From NCBI GenBank assembly GCA_013239625.1, contig MU053431.1:62001-126000 (forward strand): a stretch of 64,000 nucleotides of DNA, written 5' to 3'. Shown in pieces: positions 49,273-62,849 of this stretch. Origin of the DNA: Lama guanicoe (lineage: Eukaryota). Within the stretch, counting starts at the first letter, position 1. Every line of letters starts with the position of its first letter. Both the position numbers and the translations under genes were made by a program. Below the pieces are notes generated by a model. That model saw nothing but the letters and a program-made list of their open reading frames with translations, had not been told where the DNA came from and did no database searches.

Positions 49273-50324
49273 GTGTGTGCATTGCCCCCTTGCAACGTTT
49301 CTCACTGTGATCTTAACCTAACCTTCCGTTATTTGGCGCCTTCTCCTTTGAGGCCTTTGAGGTTATTGAGGGCAGGGAGCCCAGCTACATACCGAATTCT
49401 TCCTTGTCTTCCACTGCCCTCCTGCCAACCCTTAGTGCCCAGTGTACTGCCTGTGGAGGTGAGGGGCTGAGCCAATAGTTAGGGTTTGATGCATTTTAAT
49501 AGCAGTAGAATTCTGTGTGCATTTGCATGCCAGCCTTTCAAGCCAGCAGACAGAGGTGTGGAGAAAACAACAGGTTGGAACTTCATTACAACCTGGAACA
49601 TGTCTGGCTGGTGTGTGAATCCAAATGCAATGACTGCTCGGATAAAAATATTCCATATTGGAGGCTCTGTTCTATTTGAATGTACAGATTAATCAATACT
49701 ATGACTACTAGTTCCAGAAAACTTCCTGCTGCAATTTTGAAGTGGTGTGTTTAGTCTTCACAGCTACAAAACATGATCTTGCAGGTGAAAGAAGATGAAT
49801 AGCTTCAAGGAAGGGTGCCCCCCCTCCCCTTTCTGCCCCTGGAAAACATGACCAGATGATGAAGAAAAATGACTCAGGATCTGTCTACACCTCTGTCTCC
49901 ACTTCTTGAGCATTTTATTCAGCCAGCATCAGTCTGGCACAGTGCATTAACACTGCTAGTTTCTTGTGATGTTTTGTGGCTCATAATATTTTCCTCCAAA
50001 GTTCTCCATAAACAGTAAAGCAATAACAATGAAAACCAGACCATTCTTTGCTTCTGAAAATGTCTGATTTCTCGAACTGGGTGGGATTTTTCTTGTGCAC
50101 ATGATATCTCCCATGGGAGGGGATGGGGATGGAGCATTTTGAAGCTCATCACTTGGACATCTTGAATCCGAAAATTGGGTCAAGGCTACAGGGCCAACAG
50201 CAAGGCAGTGCAGCAGGAAGGTCACGGACTGGAAGGCAGGAGCCCTGGCGCCATGTGGATTTGCTGCCATGGGACCTTGGCATCTATGTCCTGTCCGTTT
50301 CCCATCAGTGACGCACCAGTAGGG

Positions 50325-50470
50325 TGATTCCCTGTTGTGTGTGGGAGCAGCATCCCTGGCCTCCACTGGAAGCCACGGCACCTCCGAGCTGTGACAGCCA
50401 GAAATGTCTTTGGACATCACCAAACGTCCCTGGAGGGAGAGGGCAAAATTGCCCCTGGTTGATGACTGGG
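50325..50470 (-). mobile_element. MER20 fragment
   Basis: 'agcagcatccctggcctccac...aaatgtctttggacatcaccaaacgtccctggagggagagggcaaaattgcccctggttga'. Confidence 0.75.
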
Positions 50471-50654
50471 CTGTGGTTGAGGTACTTTGGTGACGAGTAC
50501 AGAGGAGATAGTTCATGGCCACACATTCCACTTCTCATAGCTCCTAATTATTCCTGGCGGCCCCTTGCTCTCCACCTTATAAGCCAGTGTGCATATTCCT
50601 CCCGAAAGAGCCCACAGACAGCCCAGAACAAAAAGGTTTTTACTCAGCCTTGCG

Positions 50655-51513
50655 ATTTTTGCATTTTCATTAAAGTATAACTCACATATAGAAAAGTGCA
50701 CACATCAGAAGTTCACAGCTCAGTGAATTTTCACAAAGCAGACAAGCCATGTGGATGTAACCTGCACCAAATCAAGCAGCAGATTTGAAACAGGAGCAGC
50801 CCCTCCCCTTCCAGGTAGCACCGGTCCTCCACTCCAAATTAACCACTGTCCTGAGTTCAAACGTCATAGGTCCATTTTGACCATTTGCTGAGCCCTCCAT
50901 AGTGGGGTCGTATAGTACATGTGGCTTCTGGGCCAGGCTGCTCTCCTCCGTTCGTTCCCGTTGTTGCACGTGCACCTGAAGTTCCTTCCCTCTCATTGTT
51001 GGATACTGCTCCATTGTCTGGACATACACAGATTTATTTCTCTGCTCTGTTTGCAAGGCCTTCAGGGAGTCTCCAGGTTGGGGCTAATAAAGTTCACTGC
51101 TGGAACATTTTGCACGTGTCTTTTGGTGAATATGCGTGTCTGTTGGGTATATACCCAGGGGTGGAGTTGACCAGTCATAGGGCACACACATGTTCAGTTT
51201 AAGGAGACATTTGCCAGGCAGATACTCCTGCAGATTAACGAGAAACAGGCCGACGGCCTCACTGAAAAATCGGCAAAAGTCTTGAGCAGGCAGGTCACAG
51301 AAGAAGAGAGCGGTCATCAGATAAACGTAGAGGAAGGTGCTCAGCCACATGCGTCATCTGGGAGATGCCAAGACCCACGGCACCATTCCTCCGCGGATCC
51401 ACAGGACAGCTGCAGAGAGGGACAGAAAATGCCCCGTTGGGGTGAGGGCATGGAGCAACTGGAACTTACGTATGCCCGTGAGGGGGGCGGCAGTAGGGTA
51501 AAGCAGCACTTTT
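50655..51513 (-). mobile_element. Old L1 3' end with inverted 5' part (~51222-51513 on +)
   Basis: Antisense 3'UTR/ORF2 end up to ~51220, then sense ORF2 text 'ggtgagggcatggagcaactggaactt'. Confidence 0.6.
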
Positions 51514-52162
51514 AATTTGTAAAAGCTAGGTTTTATGTAAGAGTGAGGAAAACCCAGATAAAGGATTTGTGCTTTGCAGAAATCCTGAAATGGAGGTCCT
51601 AAACCGAGGGGTGAGCTCCACGTGCATGTGCCCCTGCCTGGAAGAGCAGTGAAGGAGTGGTGGGATGTTGAGGGGGCCTGAGGCTGGGCACGTGCCCGGG
51701 AAGGTGGAAGGAGGTCCTGGAAGGAGAGGGGCTGCTTTCCTGCTTCTGCTATGAAACTCTAGGACCTTGGGGATTGGCGTGGTGCCCCAGGGAACCCGAT
51801 GGGGGCTCCTGTGCACGGCTTGAGAAACATTCTGGATTTTCTCCAAGCCTTGTAAGTGGGGTGGGCGTAAAAAGGAAAGAAAGGAGGGAAGGAAAGTGGG
51901 GGAAGAGTGAAGCTGTGTCAGACTGTCATCCAAACAGGATGAACATATGAGCTGGGAGGTGAATGAGATTAAAAAAAAACAAAAACCACTTTTGACTGAA
52001 AAATTGGTAGATTATACTGAACAGATCCGTAGATGACATAATAAGTGGTCTTCTCCAGGGAGACTGGGGCACTGAGATAAAAGTTGGGTTCAGTTATTGG
52101 AGTCAAAGAAAAACTCACTGCACCATCGAGCTGCGGTCTGTAACTGGCCCATGTCTCCCTCC

Positions 52163-52192
52163 CACCTGCACCTGCACCTGCACCTGCACCTG
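52163..52192. repeat. (CACCTG)5 microsatellite
   Basis: Five perfect copies. Confidence 0.95.
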
Positions 52193-52329
52193 CAGCTTCC
52201 CGAAAGCTGTATGGCCCCGCCTCCATCTCTCCCTCCCGTCCTTCATTATGACAAAGGTGACCATGGTGCTGGAAACTGCAGGTCCGGCAGAGAGGAGCAG
52301 ACACAGTTCTCTCCCTCCTGGAGCTTCCG

Positions 52330-52880
52330 GTCCATGGGGAGAAACAGGCAGTATGACAGTGAGTGACCGAGTAAACAGCGAATTCATCATTCAGGTGATG
52401 AGTGACAGACAAAGGGTCTCCAAGGCAGGATGCTTTGGACGTGGTTGTTATGGAAGATGCCTCTCTGAACTGAGAAGGCCGAAAGGGTGAGAGCATGGCA
52501 GGTAGAGGGAGCAGCTCGTGCCAAGGCCCTGAGGCAGGCGGGCCCTGCTGTTTTCCTGGGAGTAAAAGGTGCCTGTGGCTGATACTTGGTGGTCGGGGAG
52601 GCCTGTGGACAGGGCCAGATCAGGCAGGGCTGTGAAGCTCAGGGAGTTTGGACGACAGTGGGAAGTCATCACAGGGCCCAAAGCAAGAGAGGGAGTGATC
52701 TAATTTGTATTATAGGCTCATTCCTCTTGATGCTGTATTGAGACTATTCATTAAAGGGAGTGGAGTGGAAGGGAGGGGACCACTGGGAGATTGCTAAGAA
52801 GCTGGTGGTGATGGTGACCTGGACTAGGGTGAGGGCAGTGGAAAGAAAATGCATGGATTTAAGATCTATTTTAGATAGAA
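52330..52880 (-). mobile_element. L2 fragment
   Basis: 'ggaagatgcctctctgaa...gtgccaaggccctgaggcagg...gatggtgacctggactagggtg'. Confidence 0.7.
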
Positions 52881-54649
52881 AAGCATGCTCATCGTTACAA
52901 ACACCATTATTATTATTATTATTTTGTGGCCACTACTTGTTGGTTACTCGTGTGCTGAGCAGTGTGCTAACAGTCTCTTGTGTATGTAATATTCAGAACA
53001 AACCCATGAGGTAGGTCCTCTCCTCATCGTCCACATTTTCTGTGGAAAACAGAGGCTCACAGCAATCACGAGACCGACCAGACTGCTGCATCTGTCATTG
53101 ATAGAACTGGTCTTGGAATCTAAGCGTGTCCGACTTGCCAACCTGTGCTCTGAACCACTGATGTGTTAAATCAGAATCTTGGGGCCCACGAGTCGCCCCA
53201 TCCTGTCAGTTACTAGCAGCAAGGCCCCACTGATCACTCTCAGCCTGATTTGCACCCCAACCCAGTAAGGCTGGAATTCAGTGCAGAACTGTTTCCAGGA
53301 TCTTACATGATTTTTCTAAGTGCTACAGCGATGCTCAGATTTGTGGTGTTAGAGACAGTGAACCCGCAGTCCCAGCAGCCTGAGTGCAGTTTTCTTCTGG
53401 AGAAACAGACTTCATGACAGGGGTGGGTGTTTCCTCTAGAGAGCCTGCAGCCAGGGAAGGCCGGCGAGCGGACCAGAGCTCCTTCTGCCTGACTCTAGAA
53501 GGAAAACAGCAGCTTAGCCTGAGACCCCCTGTGCTGTATTCCCTGATGTCCTGTGGCACTTGACCACTGGTCACGGGGGTACCAGCAGTGCCACACATGC
53601 AGTGCCCTGCCCACCTTCCCAGGGGGTCTGCCTGCCCAGCAAGCCCACTCTTCGCTCCTGCCTTTTCTGCAGACCTCGCCTTGACAAGAGGCACCCCGGT
53701 GCCCCCCCACCCCCTCCAAGCCTCTGTCCCTCTCCCCCCTCCCTTTGCGCTGTGCCCGTGATGAAAACCACCAGCATGTCCTACCTGCCTACTCTGCCCA
53801 GCACTATCTAAAGAGCATGGGAAGTGCCGCTTCACTGGACCGTCCCAACCTCCCCGACAAGATGAGGGCTGCTGTCGCTGTCTGTTTACAGATGAGGGAA
53901 CCGAGATCTAGAGAGGTTTCAGGAACTTGGCCGAAGCAGCCGTGCTGGGGAAAGGCACCCTGGGCTCTGAGCCCACGTTTAGGTGTCCACCACGCTGCCG
54001 CCGCCTGCCTGTTAATCAGCCTTTGCGCTGAGATCTGGGCCCCTTCGTCTCGGACACTCGCTAGCACAGTGCTGCACCCGATGTGGCTGAAGTGCTGACT
54101 TGAGCTCGTGCTGGAGAAGGTGTCTGCAGTGGGATGTTCGACCTGGGCCAGAAATGACCCTGTGGAATCCCATCCCGGTGACCTGACATTGCGGCTGTGC
54201 CCCGATCTTAGAAAATGCTGCTTCTGCAGATGAGAGTAGTGAGAACTGTGGAGCATCCATGTCGTGTCAGACACTGCGCGAAGCGCTATGTAAGGTCGCC
54301 TCGCTTATTGCTCACCAGCCTTCTCTGCGGCGTAGCGTCGATGTGGAAGCTTAGGTTAAGTAACTTGTGTGGGGGTGGAGGCTGCACTGTGCTGGGACTC
54401 AAAGGCACGGCCTGTCACCTCTGCACCCGATGGTCTGCAGCATGCGGTTCCTGGGGGACCATCACTGACCTGACTGGGCAGCTAAGACAGCTGGACGCTG
54501 AGCTGGGGGCAAGCACAGATCAACTGTAGGTCCACAGTCCGCACGCTTTCATCTGTGTTGTCTCCCCTTTACTGTCATCAAAGTAAGCTGAGTGGCAGTC
54601 TGGCCATTTGGTGTCAGAAGTTCTATTATCTTTCATTTTTGTGTTTTAG

Positions 54650-54750
54650 TCTCAAACAGAGGAGGAAAGTAGTTAGAGGAAGGAACAGAATGTGCTCTGT
54701 GGTCCCAAACCTCCAAGTGTCCTCCTGGCTGCTGCTCATGGGGCTGGCCG
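54650..54750 (+). other. Candidate exon
   Basis: Acceptor 'tctttcatttttgtgttttag'; donor CCG|GTAAGG. Confidence 0.35.
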
Positions 54751-56099
54751 GTAAGGAGGCAGGCGGGCTGGCCTGAGGACATGGGGTCTGACGGGATATA
54801 TAGGGAAGGCTGTCACGTTAAAGTGGGTTGTTTCCAGGTTGGATCCTGCGAGTATAAAGGGACTGGGCCCGAGAGTTTGTAAAGGTGGGCTGCATGGGCC
54901 TGTTTGTGGGAAGCACTGGTGAGGTAATGTGATTGGGTGGTGTCCCGGGTCAGCGGGCCTGAGCATCCGTCTGGACCGGTGGAGGTTGCGGGGGGGGGGG
55001 GGCCCTGAAGCTCCAGGTTCTCACAGTCCCAGCAGTCTGGGAGCCATGAGCAGAGGTGACCATGCAGGACAGAGAAGTCCCAGCTGAGGATGAACTTGGG
55101 AGCTATCTCTGAGCAACAGAGAAGAGTAAAGGGCGGTTGGCCTCTGATTCCCACCTTGGAGCCAGCCCGGGGTGGCCTCTAGGGGGTGAAGGAGGCCAGG
55201 TATTGCCTGTGTCTGTCTGTTCTCCTTGGCACCCTAGGTGTGTGATGTGAGTCCACAGAACTCTTTAGCTCCACCCTTGGCTGGAGGGAGCCCCAGGTGT
55301 GGGCTGAGGAGGCCCTGGGCTGCACACGGGGTTTATCTGCTCAAAGCCGCCATGTCTTCTTTTTAAACGGCCTCCCAGCATCTCCCTGCTGCCTCACCGG
55401 GCTGTGAACTAGAGCAGCTGGCTGGAGAAGTGAGTGTGGAGGCACCTTGGCCCAGGACAGGGACCTTGGATAGCGGCCAACTCAGAGAAATTGGCCTTTG
55501 ACTCCGAATTATTTAATACAAGCGCTGGGCAAATTACTCAACCTCTCTGAACTCCAAGGCTTGTTTCTGGTGATTTGGGAGATGCTAGCATTGCTGAATT
55601 GGTGATGAAGAACGTGATGACAACAACTCTAATCACTGACATTTATTTTAGACGTTCTGTGTGCCAGGCACTGTGCTGAATACCGTAAACAGAACCGGAA
55701 CTGATTCTGAGAATAACCCAGGAGGTGTTATCCTCATCTTCCAGCTAAAGAATCAGTGCTGAGTGGGTGAAGTAACTTGCTTGTTGTCACTAGGTGCTAA
55801 TGACAGGCTGTAGTGAGTGAACGGCCCTTCCTGCGAAGATACGTCCACCAGGAACCCTTGAATGCGACCTTGTTTGGAGAAAGGTTTTTGCAGAGGCCAT
55901 TAAGTTAAGGCCTAGGAAGAGGGCCTTGAGGTCACACAGGTAAAGCATTTAGCACAGACCCTGGTATAGGGAGAACATGATATATGTACTTAATAACAAA
56001 ATATATATTTATAATCATATATATTGTATGTTTGTATATTTATTATTTTTATATCTTTATATATGGTAAGTATATACAACCGTAGATTGTTTAATCGAA

Positions 56100-59000
56100 A
56101 CATGTATTTAAAAACCCTTTTTAATCACAAAAGTTATCCTGTTCATCTTGAAGATTTAAATTTTTGAAACAAGTCCATGTAACTAGGAAAAGAAAAGAGT
56201 GCCTGTAAAGCAAGTGAGAGGTGAACATTGTGTGTACTTAGTGCATAGCTTTTGCATCTTTCCTCTTTGTCTGTGTATTTCTTTACTTAAAGTTTGGATC
56301 TAATCATACATAATGGTTTGAATGCTCTTCTTTTAACAATACACTGTGGGTGTTTTCCCCTGTGGTTAAACACTTGTCTTCAAAGCCGTGTTTAATGGCT
56401 CATTATGTTCTGTGTGGGAGTTTCCGTGGGGCTCCCATGGACTGAACGGTGTCTACAGACACAGGGAAAGAAAGATGACAGAGTGCGCAGAAATCGTCTG
56501 CATGGAGGTGGATACAGGAAGCAGGGCGCCCCGAAGTTCCAGAGGCTTCCTGAGACGCACAGCCGCTGGGGTCCCTCTCTCCCTCCAAAGGGCTGTTCAA
56601 ACCCCCCCGCCCCCACCCTGGCATGGCACAAAACTGCCCTTTCCTGAAAGTTTCCCAGCAGGGGACTGTCCAAGTACACATTGTGCCAGTCTGAACATGT
56701 GGAAATTCTGTCTTGCTGTTTTCATTTGCATTTCCTGTATTGCCCAGGAAGTTAAACACACTTTCCGTCTGCTCTTCCCATCTCCCCTTCAGTGACTTTC
56801 CAATTTTCCTTTTGGCTTCAGTGCATTTTTAAAATTAATTCTTAGGAGTTCTTTATGTAGTCTAGGTATTATTTCTTTGTCAGCAACATGCATGGCAAAG
56901 ACTTCTTTGTTTCTTAGACTGGAACTTACTTTACTGTGGCTTAGGGTATCTTTCATCAAAGACAGATTTTGAAATTTAATATAGTCAGACTTGTCAACCT
57001 TTTCTTTTATGGTTTGTGCTTTGGGTTTTTGTTTAAGAAGTACGTATCTACTTCCAATTCTATAGTGATGCTCCTCTGTATTTTGGCTGAGTAACATGCT
57101 TGTAAGCTGCGACAGTTAGCAGCTCTGCGCTTGGGAAGGGGCTCTCTCTGGACCCAGGTTCCTCATTTACAAGGTAAGGATAATCATAGTATATGCTTCA
57201 TTGAATCATTTTGCAGATTTAATGGAATTAACTCGTGTAATATCCTTAAAAGCGTGCCTGGCACCTGAAAATCACTTAGGAAATATTAGATTATTATTAT
57301 TAACTGAAAGTTTTAGTTTTCCTTTTAGCACTTGTGTCTTAAATCCATCTGCAATTTGTGTGCTCAGTGTGGACCCGGTAGGTTGCTTCCTGGCTACTGT
57401 CCCAGCCTCGGTCATCGAACGGTCTTTCACCACTAGGTTTGCCTGCTGCTTCCGTCCCATAGCAGGTTCCCGGATGGTCACTTCTATGCTGTCCTGTCCA
57501 AGGTTCTGCTTTGCTATCCTAGGGCCAGTAATGTGCATTTTTCTTGGTGATAGCAAGGAGGTCACTGCCTGCTCCACATTCTTTTCCAAAATTGTCTTGG
57601 TCATTCTTTGCATTTATTCATCCGTGTGGATTACAGGGGCGGCTTATCAAATTCCATGAAGACCCTGTGACCAACAGGTGGCCACAGTAACTTCTCTCCC
57701 AGACATACCCCGCCCCACTAGAACACTTTCCTGGCGTTTTTATTTGTTTAGCACATTTTTTATTTTTAAAATGTGCAGTTTGTGCAGCCTTTCTGTGCAT
57801 CTTTGCCAACGGCTAGGGGGTCTTCGCGGTATTTCTGGCGTAGGTACCGGGGCTGTGCTGTGAAGCCATCTTGATTGATCCTTTCCAGCAGTTCCTGAAG
57901 TTCACCTTAGCCAAGAAGTTTCGAAGCTTCAGCTTCTCAGGGATGGTCCTCAGGTTTCAGTCCTTATTTGTCTTTCCCTGAAGGCCAGGCCGTATGTGTC
58001 CCTGCCAGCAAGATGGTTGTCAGCTGTGGGGTTTTTGGCCTTGCCCCAGGTTGATCACTGGGTCTTTGTCAAACTCAGGCAGACTTCTGACATCTGTCTT
58101 CTTTCCATCTTTTCACTTTTATCTTTTTTGATGTTATTACAGCTATTTTAAGTAGCTTAAAGGTAGATGAATCCTACTTCAAAATCTGTCTTTTAGCTGT
58201 AGTATTTTATCCATTTACATTTACTGTGACTGCTTATGAACTTAGCTTTAGTTCTACAATATTTTTTTGTATTCTTTGTTATCTTTTTCTTTTGATGATT
58301 TTTTTCCCTCCTCAGTCTTATAGTGCAGACTGAAAAATTGATCTAAGTTTCTTTATTCCCTTCACTTCCCTGTGTTGTATGGAAATGCCACATTCAATTG
58401 CAGTTCTTTTAATGATCAACCTTAAATTTTTAACATGCTCATGTGCTTTAATGAACTCGAAGTTAATGAATATATCTCCCCACCCCCACCAACAACATGA
58501 AGACATTTAAACCTTTCTATTTGATTGCCCACACTATTTTTCAAGTATTCTACTTTCACTTTATTTTCTAACTTCCCTAAATTAGTAATCATGATTACTA
58601 TTTTCATAATGAATGACTATTAGTTCTCCACAGGCATATCAGTGTTTTGATCACCACTGTCTCTTGATTCTCATGTTTTGCTACTCATTGTTTTTTTAGT
58701 CAAGAACTTCTTTTAATAATTCTTTTCATGCTGGGCTTGTGAGTAGTAAACTTTTTCAATCCTTATTTGTCTGGAATGTCTTAATTTTGCCTTTACTCTT
58801 GAACAATAGTTTATTTTAGTATATAATTTTAGATCTTTCTTCTCATAATTCCATAAAAGTATCATTCCATTCTCGTGTGGCCTTTGTTACTGTAGAAAAT
58901 CTCCTGTCCTGGCTGCTTTTGAGGGTTTCTCTTTGTCTTTGGTAATCTTCCTTTTGCTGTGATGTATCTAGGAGTGTTTCATATGTTTTCAATGTAGAAT

Positions 59001-59500
59001 TTTTGTTTACCCTCAGTTTTGGTAAATTCAAAATTACCTTTTTTGAAGAGCCCCTCTCTCCCATCTGTTACCTTCTCCTGTAGCTTGTTTTAGGTGTTCA
59101 CTGCGTCTTCCAGTTCTGTTGTCTGTGCCTCTCAATCCCTTGTAATTTCCACTTTCTAAATGCGCTGTTGGTGATGTGCTGGGCTCTGTTCTCCAGCTAT
59201 GGCTAATGTCTTGTTTCACCTGTCTTTTGAGTTTTAGATATTAGTGACTATATTTTTCATTTTTAGTGGTTCTACCTTTTTTTATTAAGCCCACCATTCC
59301 TTCATGTCATAGTAGTTTATTCTTTCATTACCTTAACTCATTTACCCCTTTCAGATTCTTTGATTTTCTAAGTCCTAGAAGAGATCGATTCTTTTTATTG
59401 TGGATGCTGGCTCTTTGTTATGATCCAGCTTTTCCTCATGTGGCTTATAACTTTAATCTTCAGCTAGTATGGCCATGTACCGTTGACAGATTCAGGTGAC
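56100..59500 (-). mobile_element. Mosaic of old L1 fragments with an embedded MIR (~57130-57290)
   Basis: ORFs 56789..57097(-) 'KAQTIKEKVDKSDYIKF', 57272..57613(-) 'KTILEKN' and 58843..59064(-) ORF1-like 'ETLKSS..TREWNDTF'. Confidence 0.7.
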
Positions 59501-59844
59501 TTTGGTTATCAAAGTGTCTCTACAGATCAGCTTCCCCAACCTGGATTCAAATGTTGTATTTATATTGGTTTGAGATCCTGCATCATAAATGAAGTGTAAA
59601 CTTGTATCCCGTATCCTGGATGGTGTACACTTGGGTTAGGATTTCTAGCAAGGCTTAGTTTCTTCAGGGCCAAGTGGTACAAAGCTCTCTTGCTGTTACC
59701 CTGGGCTAGTGGAAGTGAAATTCTGGAGCAAAGTGTCTGAAGAAGTTCAAGTTTTTTCACATGGTCAAATTACCCTCCAGTTAAAATACTACTCCCACAA
59801 ATGGTTCATAAATGCAGTTTTCCAGTTTTCTTATTACTGTAGAC

Positions 59845-60055
59845 CAGTGGTTTTCAACTGGGGGTGATTTTGGCACCCAGGAGACATTTTGCAATGTCCA
59901 GAGACATTTTTGGTTGTCCCAGCTGGGGAGAGGTTGCCACTGGGATCATGTGGGTGGAGGCTGGGGATGCTGCTGACCATCTTCAGTGCACAAGCCACTC
60001 CAGCCAAGGGTGGTCTGGCCTGTCATGTCAGCTGTGCAAATGTGAGAAGCCCTGC
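59845..60055 (+). mobile_element. MER20
   Basis: 'cagtggttttcaactgggggtgattttggcacccaggagacattttgcaatgtccagagacatttttggttgtc'. Confidence 0.85.
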
Positions 60056-62849
60056 TTTCGACCAGAAGCCCTTGAGGACAGGGACTTCGTTGGACCGGTT
60101 CAGGTCTGTATATCCTTTCTGTCTGTGTGAACTGCTTGGCACCTGGCTGTGCCTCAGTAAGTTCTGCAAAATACCAAACAATCACTAATTTTAAAAAATT
60201 GTTCTTGCCAATATGACAGGTGAAAAATAGAATCTTGTTTCAATGTGCATTCATTAAATTACTAACGAGGCAGAACTTTTTCCTTTTTGTATGTTTACTG
60301 GGCCAGCTGTGTTTCCTCTTTTGCAAACAAAGTGTTCGTTCCCTTTGCTTAGATGAACATACTGATAGTTGTCCAAATAGCTACAATTGGGGTTATGGAG
60401 ATTAATTGGATTAACTGAGAAAAAACACACAGATACACCTTGAATAGCATAAAACATTAGACGAATAAGGCGTTGTTATCATTTCATCCTGCCCAAGCAG
60501 CACCTGCCCTTAGGGTGGGACCGGGGCTCTGTGAGCTGGCTGTTCACCCGACAGGTGGGAGGAGGAGGAATGCTGGAGTCCAGCCAGCACTCTGCTCTCT
60601 GACACCAAAATCATCAGTGGGAGGCCTGGAGGGGAGCCTCCCATCTCTGTTTACATTAGCTTCTTGATAGCGAGCTATCTGAGCAGCCCTTGGGTCTTTC
60701 CCCAGCGCTTCCCCGTGTGTAGTCGCAGCCAGTCCTTACATGCCCTGTGACAGGGGCAAGGAGGTGCTGTGTCGGCAGGTGAGGCTGTAAGGCTGGGAGC
60801 ATGTCAGGGACACTGGCCGTTTCAGAGCACGAATGAGTCCTTATACCTGGATGCTGCTTCCGCGCACCTGTCCTCGCTTCTTCCCCTGGGCCCAGCATCG
60901 GAAGAGCCACGGACAGGTTATCTTAGTGAGCTTCCTTTTGGCACCCAGACCTTCAACTTGGCGTGGAGTGGTGGACGGCATTTATGAAGGGGTAAGACTC
61001 TTGTTACTTCCCTGCAAAGTTACCAACTCCGCCAAATTGTGCGCAGACCTTGGGGAGATAGTCTCTCTCTTTTCAAGAGCTTCCAGAAAGCACAACTGCA
61101 AAGTAAGAATTCACCATGTGAACTCATTCCATGACCCCAGGAACCACTGGGGGTGATGGCCCCCAAGAATGTGATAAAAGCTGTGGACCAGGAAAACACC
61201 TGATTTTATATTTGATTTCAGGGGCTTCAGGGCCCTAGAGTCTGTTCAGGACTCCTGGGCTGCAGGAATCCTTGGTTAAAAGCTGCAGCCTCTACTAAAT
61301 TGGACTCTAATGCTCATGTCAAGGAAGGAATCGATGTAAAATCACTCAGGTGGCCAGAGTCCATACAGATCCCAAGCTCTGTTCCTTCCCACCCCTGTAT
61401 TCTGCCCATGCTGGGCCTTTCAAGGGAAATGCACTGGCCTCTTAAAAACTCTTATTGACATCTCAGAGGTCACTGTCTCTAGCGCATACTTCCTCGGCTC
61501 CTTGGGGGCAGGGTTATGCACCACCTTCCAGATCCCCACGGCCCCTCCCTGACATCTTTCACTGCACTGACAGAGCTCTGGTTATTTGCTTATATGTTCA
61601 TTTTTCCAAGTTGACTGTGGGATACTTAAGAGCAGAGATCATGCCTTAGTTGTCTTGGCTTGTCTTTGCTGGCTTCTGATTATACCATACCTGGAACATA
61701 GCAGTAGACATTGCAAAATGACAAAATGGAGTAAAGTGTGGGGTTTCCAGGAATGAAGAGGGCAGAGGAGACTCATGAGAGTGACTCTCTTGTGTCACAC
61801 GGTGGGGTGAGATGATACGTACTTGGGGCAGGGGCACAGGTGATTTGTGACTCTTCCTTAAAAAATATTTCCTCCAAACACCATTTACTTCTCTTGAATC
61901 AAAACTCGAGCTTGGAAACGAGACAAACCATTCCGCCACTGAGGGTGTAGCTTGAGCTTGGAGAACCTCGGCTCTGGTCGAGCCCCTGCAAAGGGACAAA
62001 TTACCCATGTTGGGGCGAGTCGAGAGAGCCATGGGCATCTGGAGCCGTGTCATCGCTCTGAAGATTCATCTCAGTGTCCCTGAGATACAGGGAGGTGACA
62101 GCCATGGTGTACGTTGTATGATATGAATTATGCACCCGATAAATCTGCCCAGACAGCAGCCACGGTGAAACAGATTGTCTCAGATACACACACATACACA
62201 CTGTCTGCCTGCCAGGTTAGCCTCCATCTTTAAGCTGAAAAAACAAGGCACAATTCATTCTAAGAAGAAGAAAAAAGAACCTCTCACTTGAGGTTTCAGC
62301 CCAAACACTCTGACACAGTGGTTCTTCTCTGACTCACTGCCCTGGGACCCTGGCGAGGTCCGATTCCTGGAAGAAGAGAAGAACTGAATTCCAGCAAGTG
62401 CTCAGTGGGACCAGTGCTCTGGGGAGAGGCCCTCCTATCTGCCCTCCACCTACCACGATGGTGAGGCTGGGGTCACATCCTGCTGCCTGTGTGCTCGTGG
62501 GAGTGGACGGAGAGCCAGTCTGTCTCTGTCCCTGTGTCTGTTACACTCAGCTTGACCCGTGTGTACACAAGGAGGAAATGAAGAACGGGGGTGGATACTT
62601 GTACACACGTAGACACGTGGCCATGGTGCTGACCGACCTCTCAGCTCTGGGGTGAGCAAACAAGCAACGTACTGGAAATTGCCTGGAATCAGCCCTTCAG
62701 TAGAACCACATGCTATGTTTTAGTCACTCCATCCCTGATGCGCTCTTGTCTTTCCCCACCAGCCTCCTCCTCTCCCTCCCTGTCTGTGTCACTTGTCTGT
62801 ACAGGCATGTAGCCTTCGTATGTCCATTTCTCCCTCTCATGCTGTTAAA

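Noticed and set aside
49500..49800. Protein-like text (RLELHYNLEHVWLVCESKCNDCSDKNIPYWRLC)
   Set aside because: Could not assign it to any host, viral or transposon family; contains stops.
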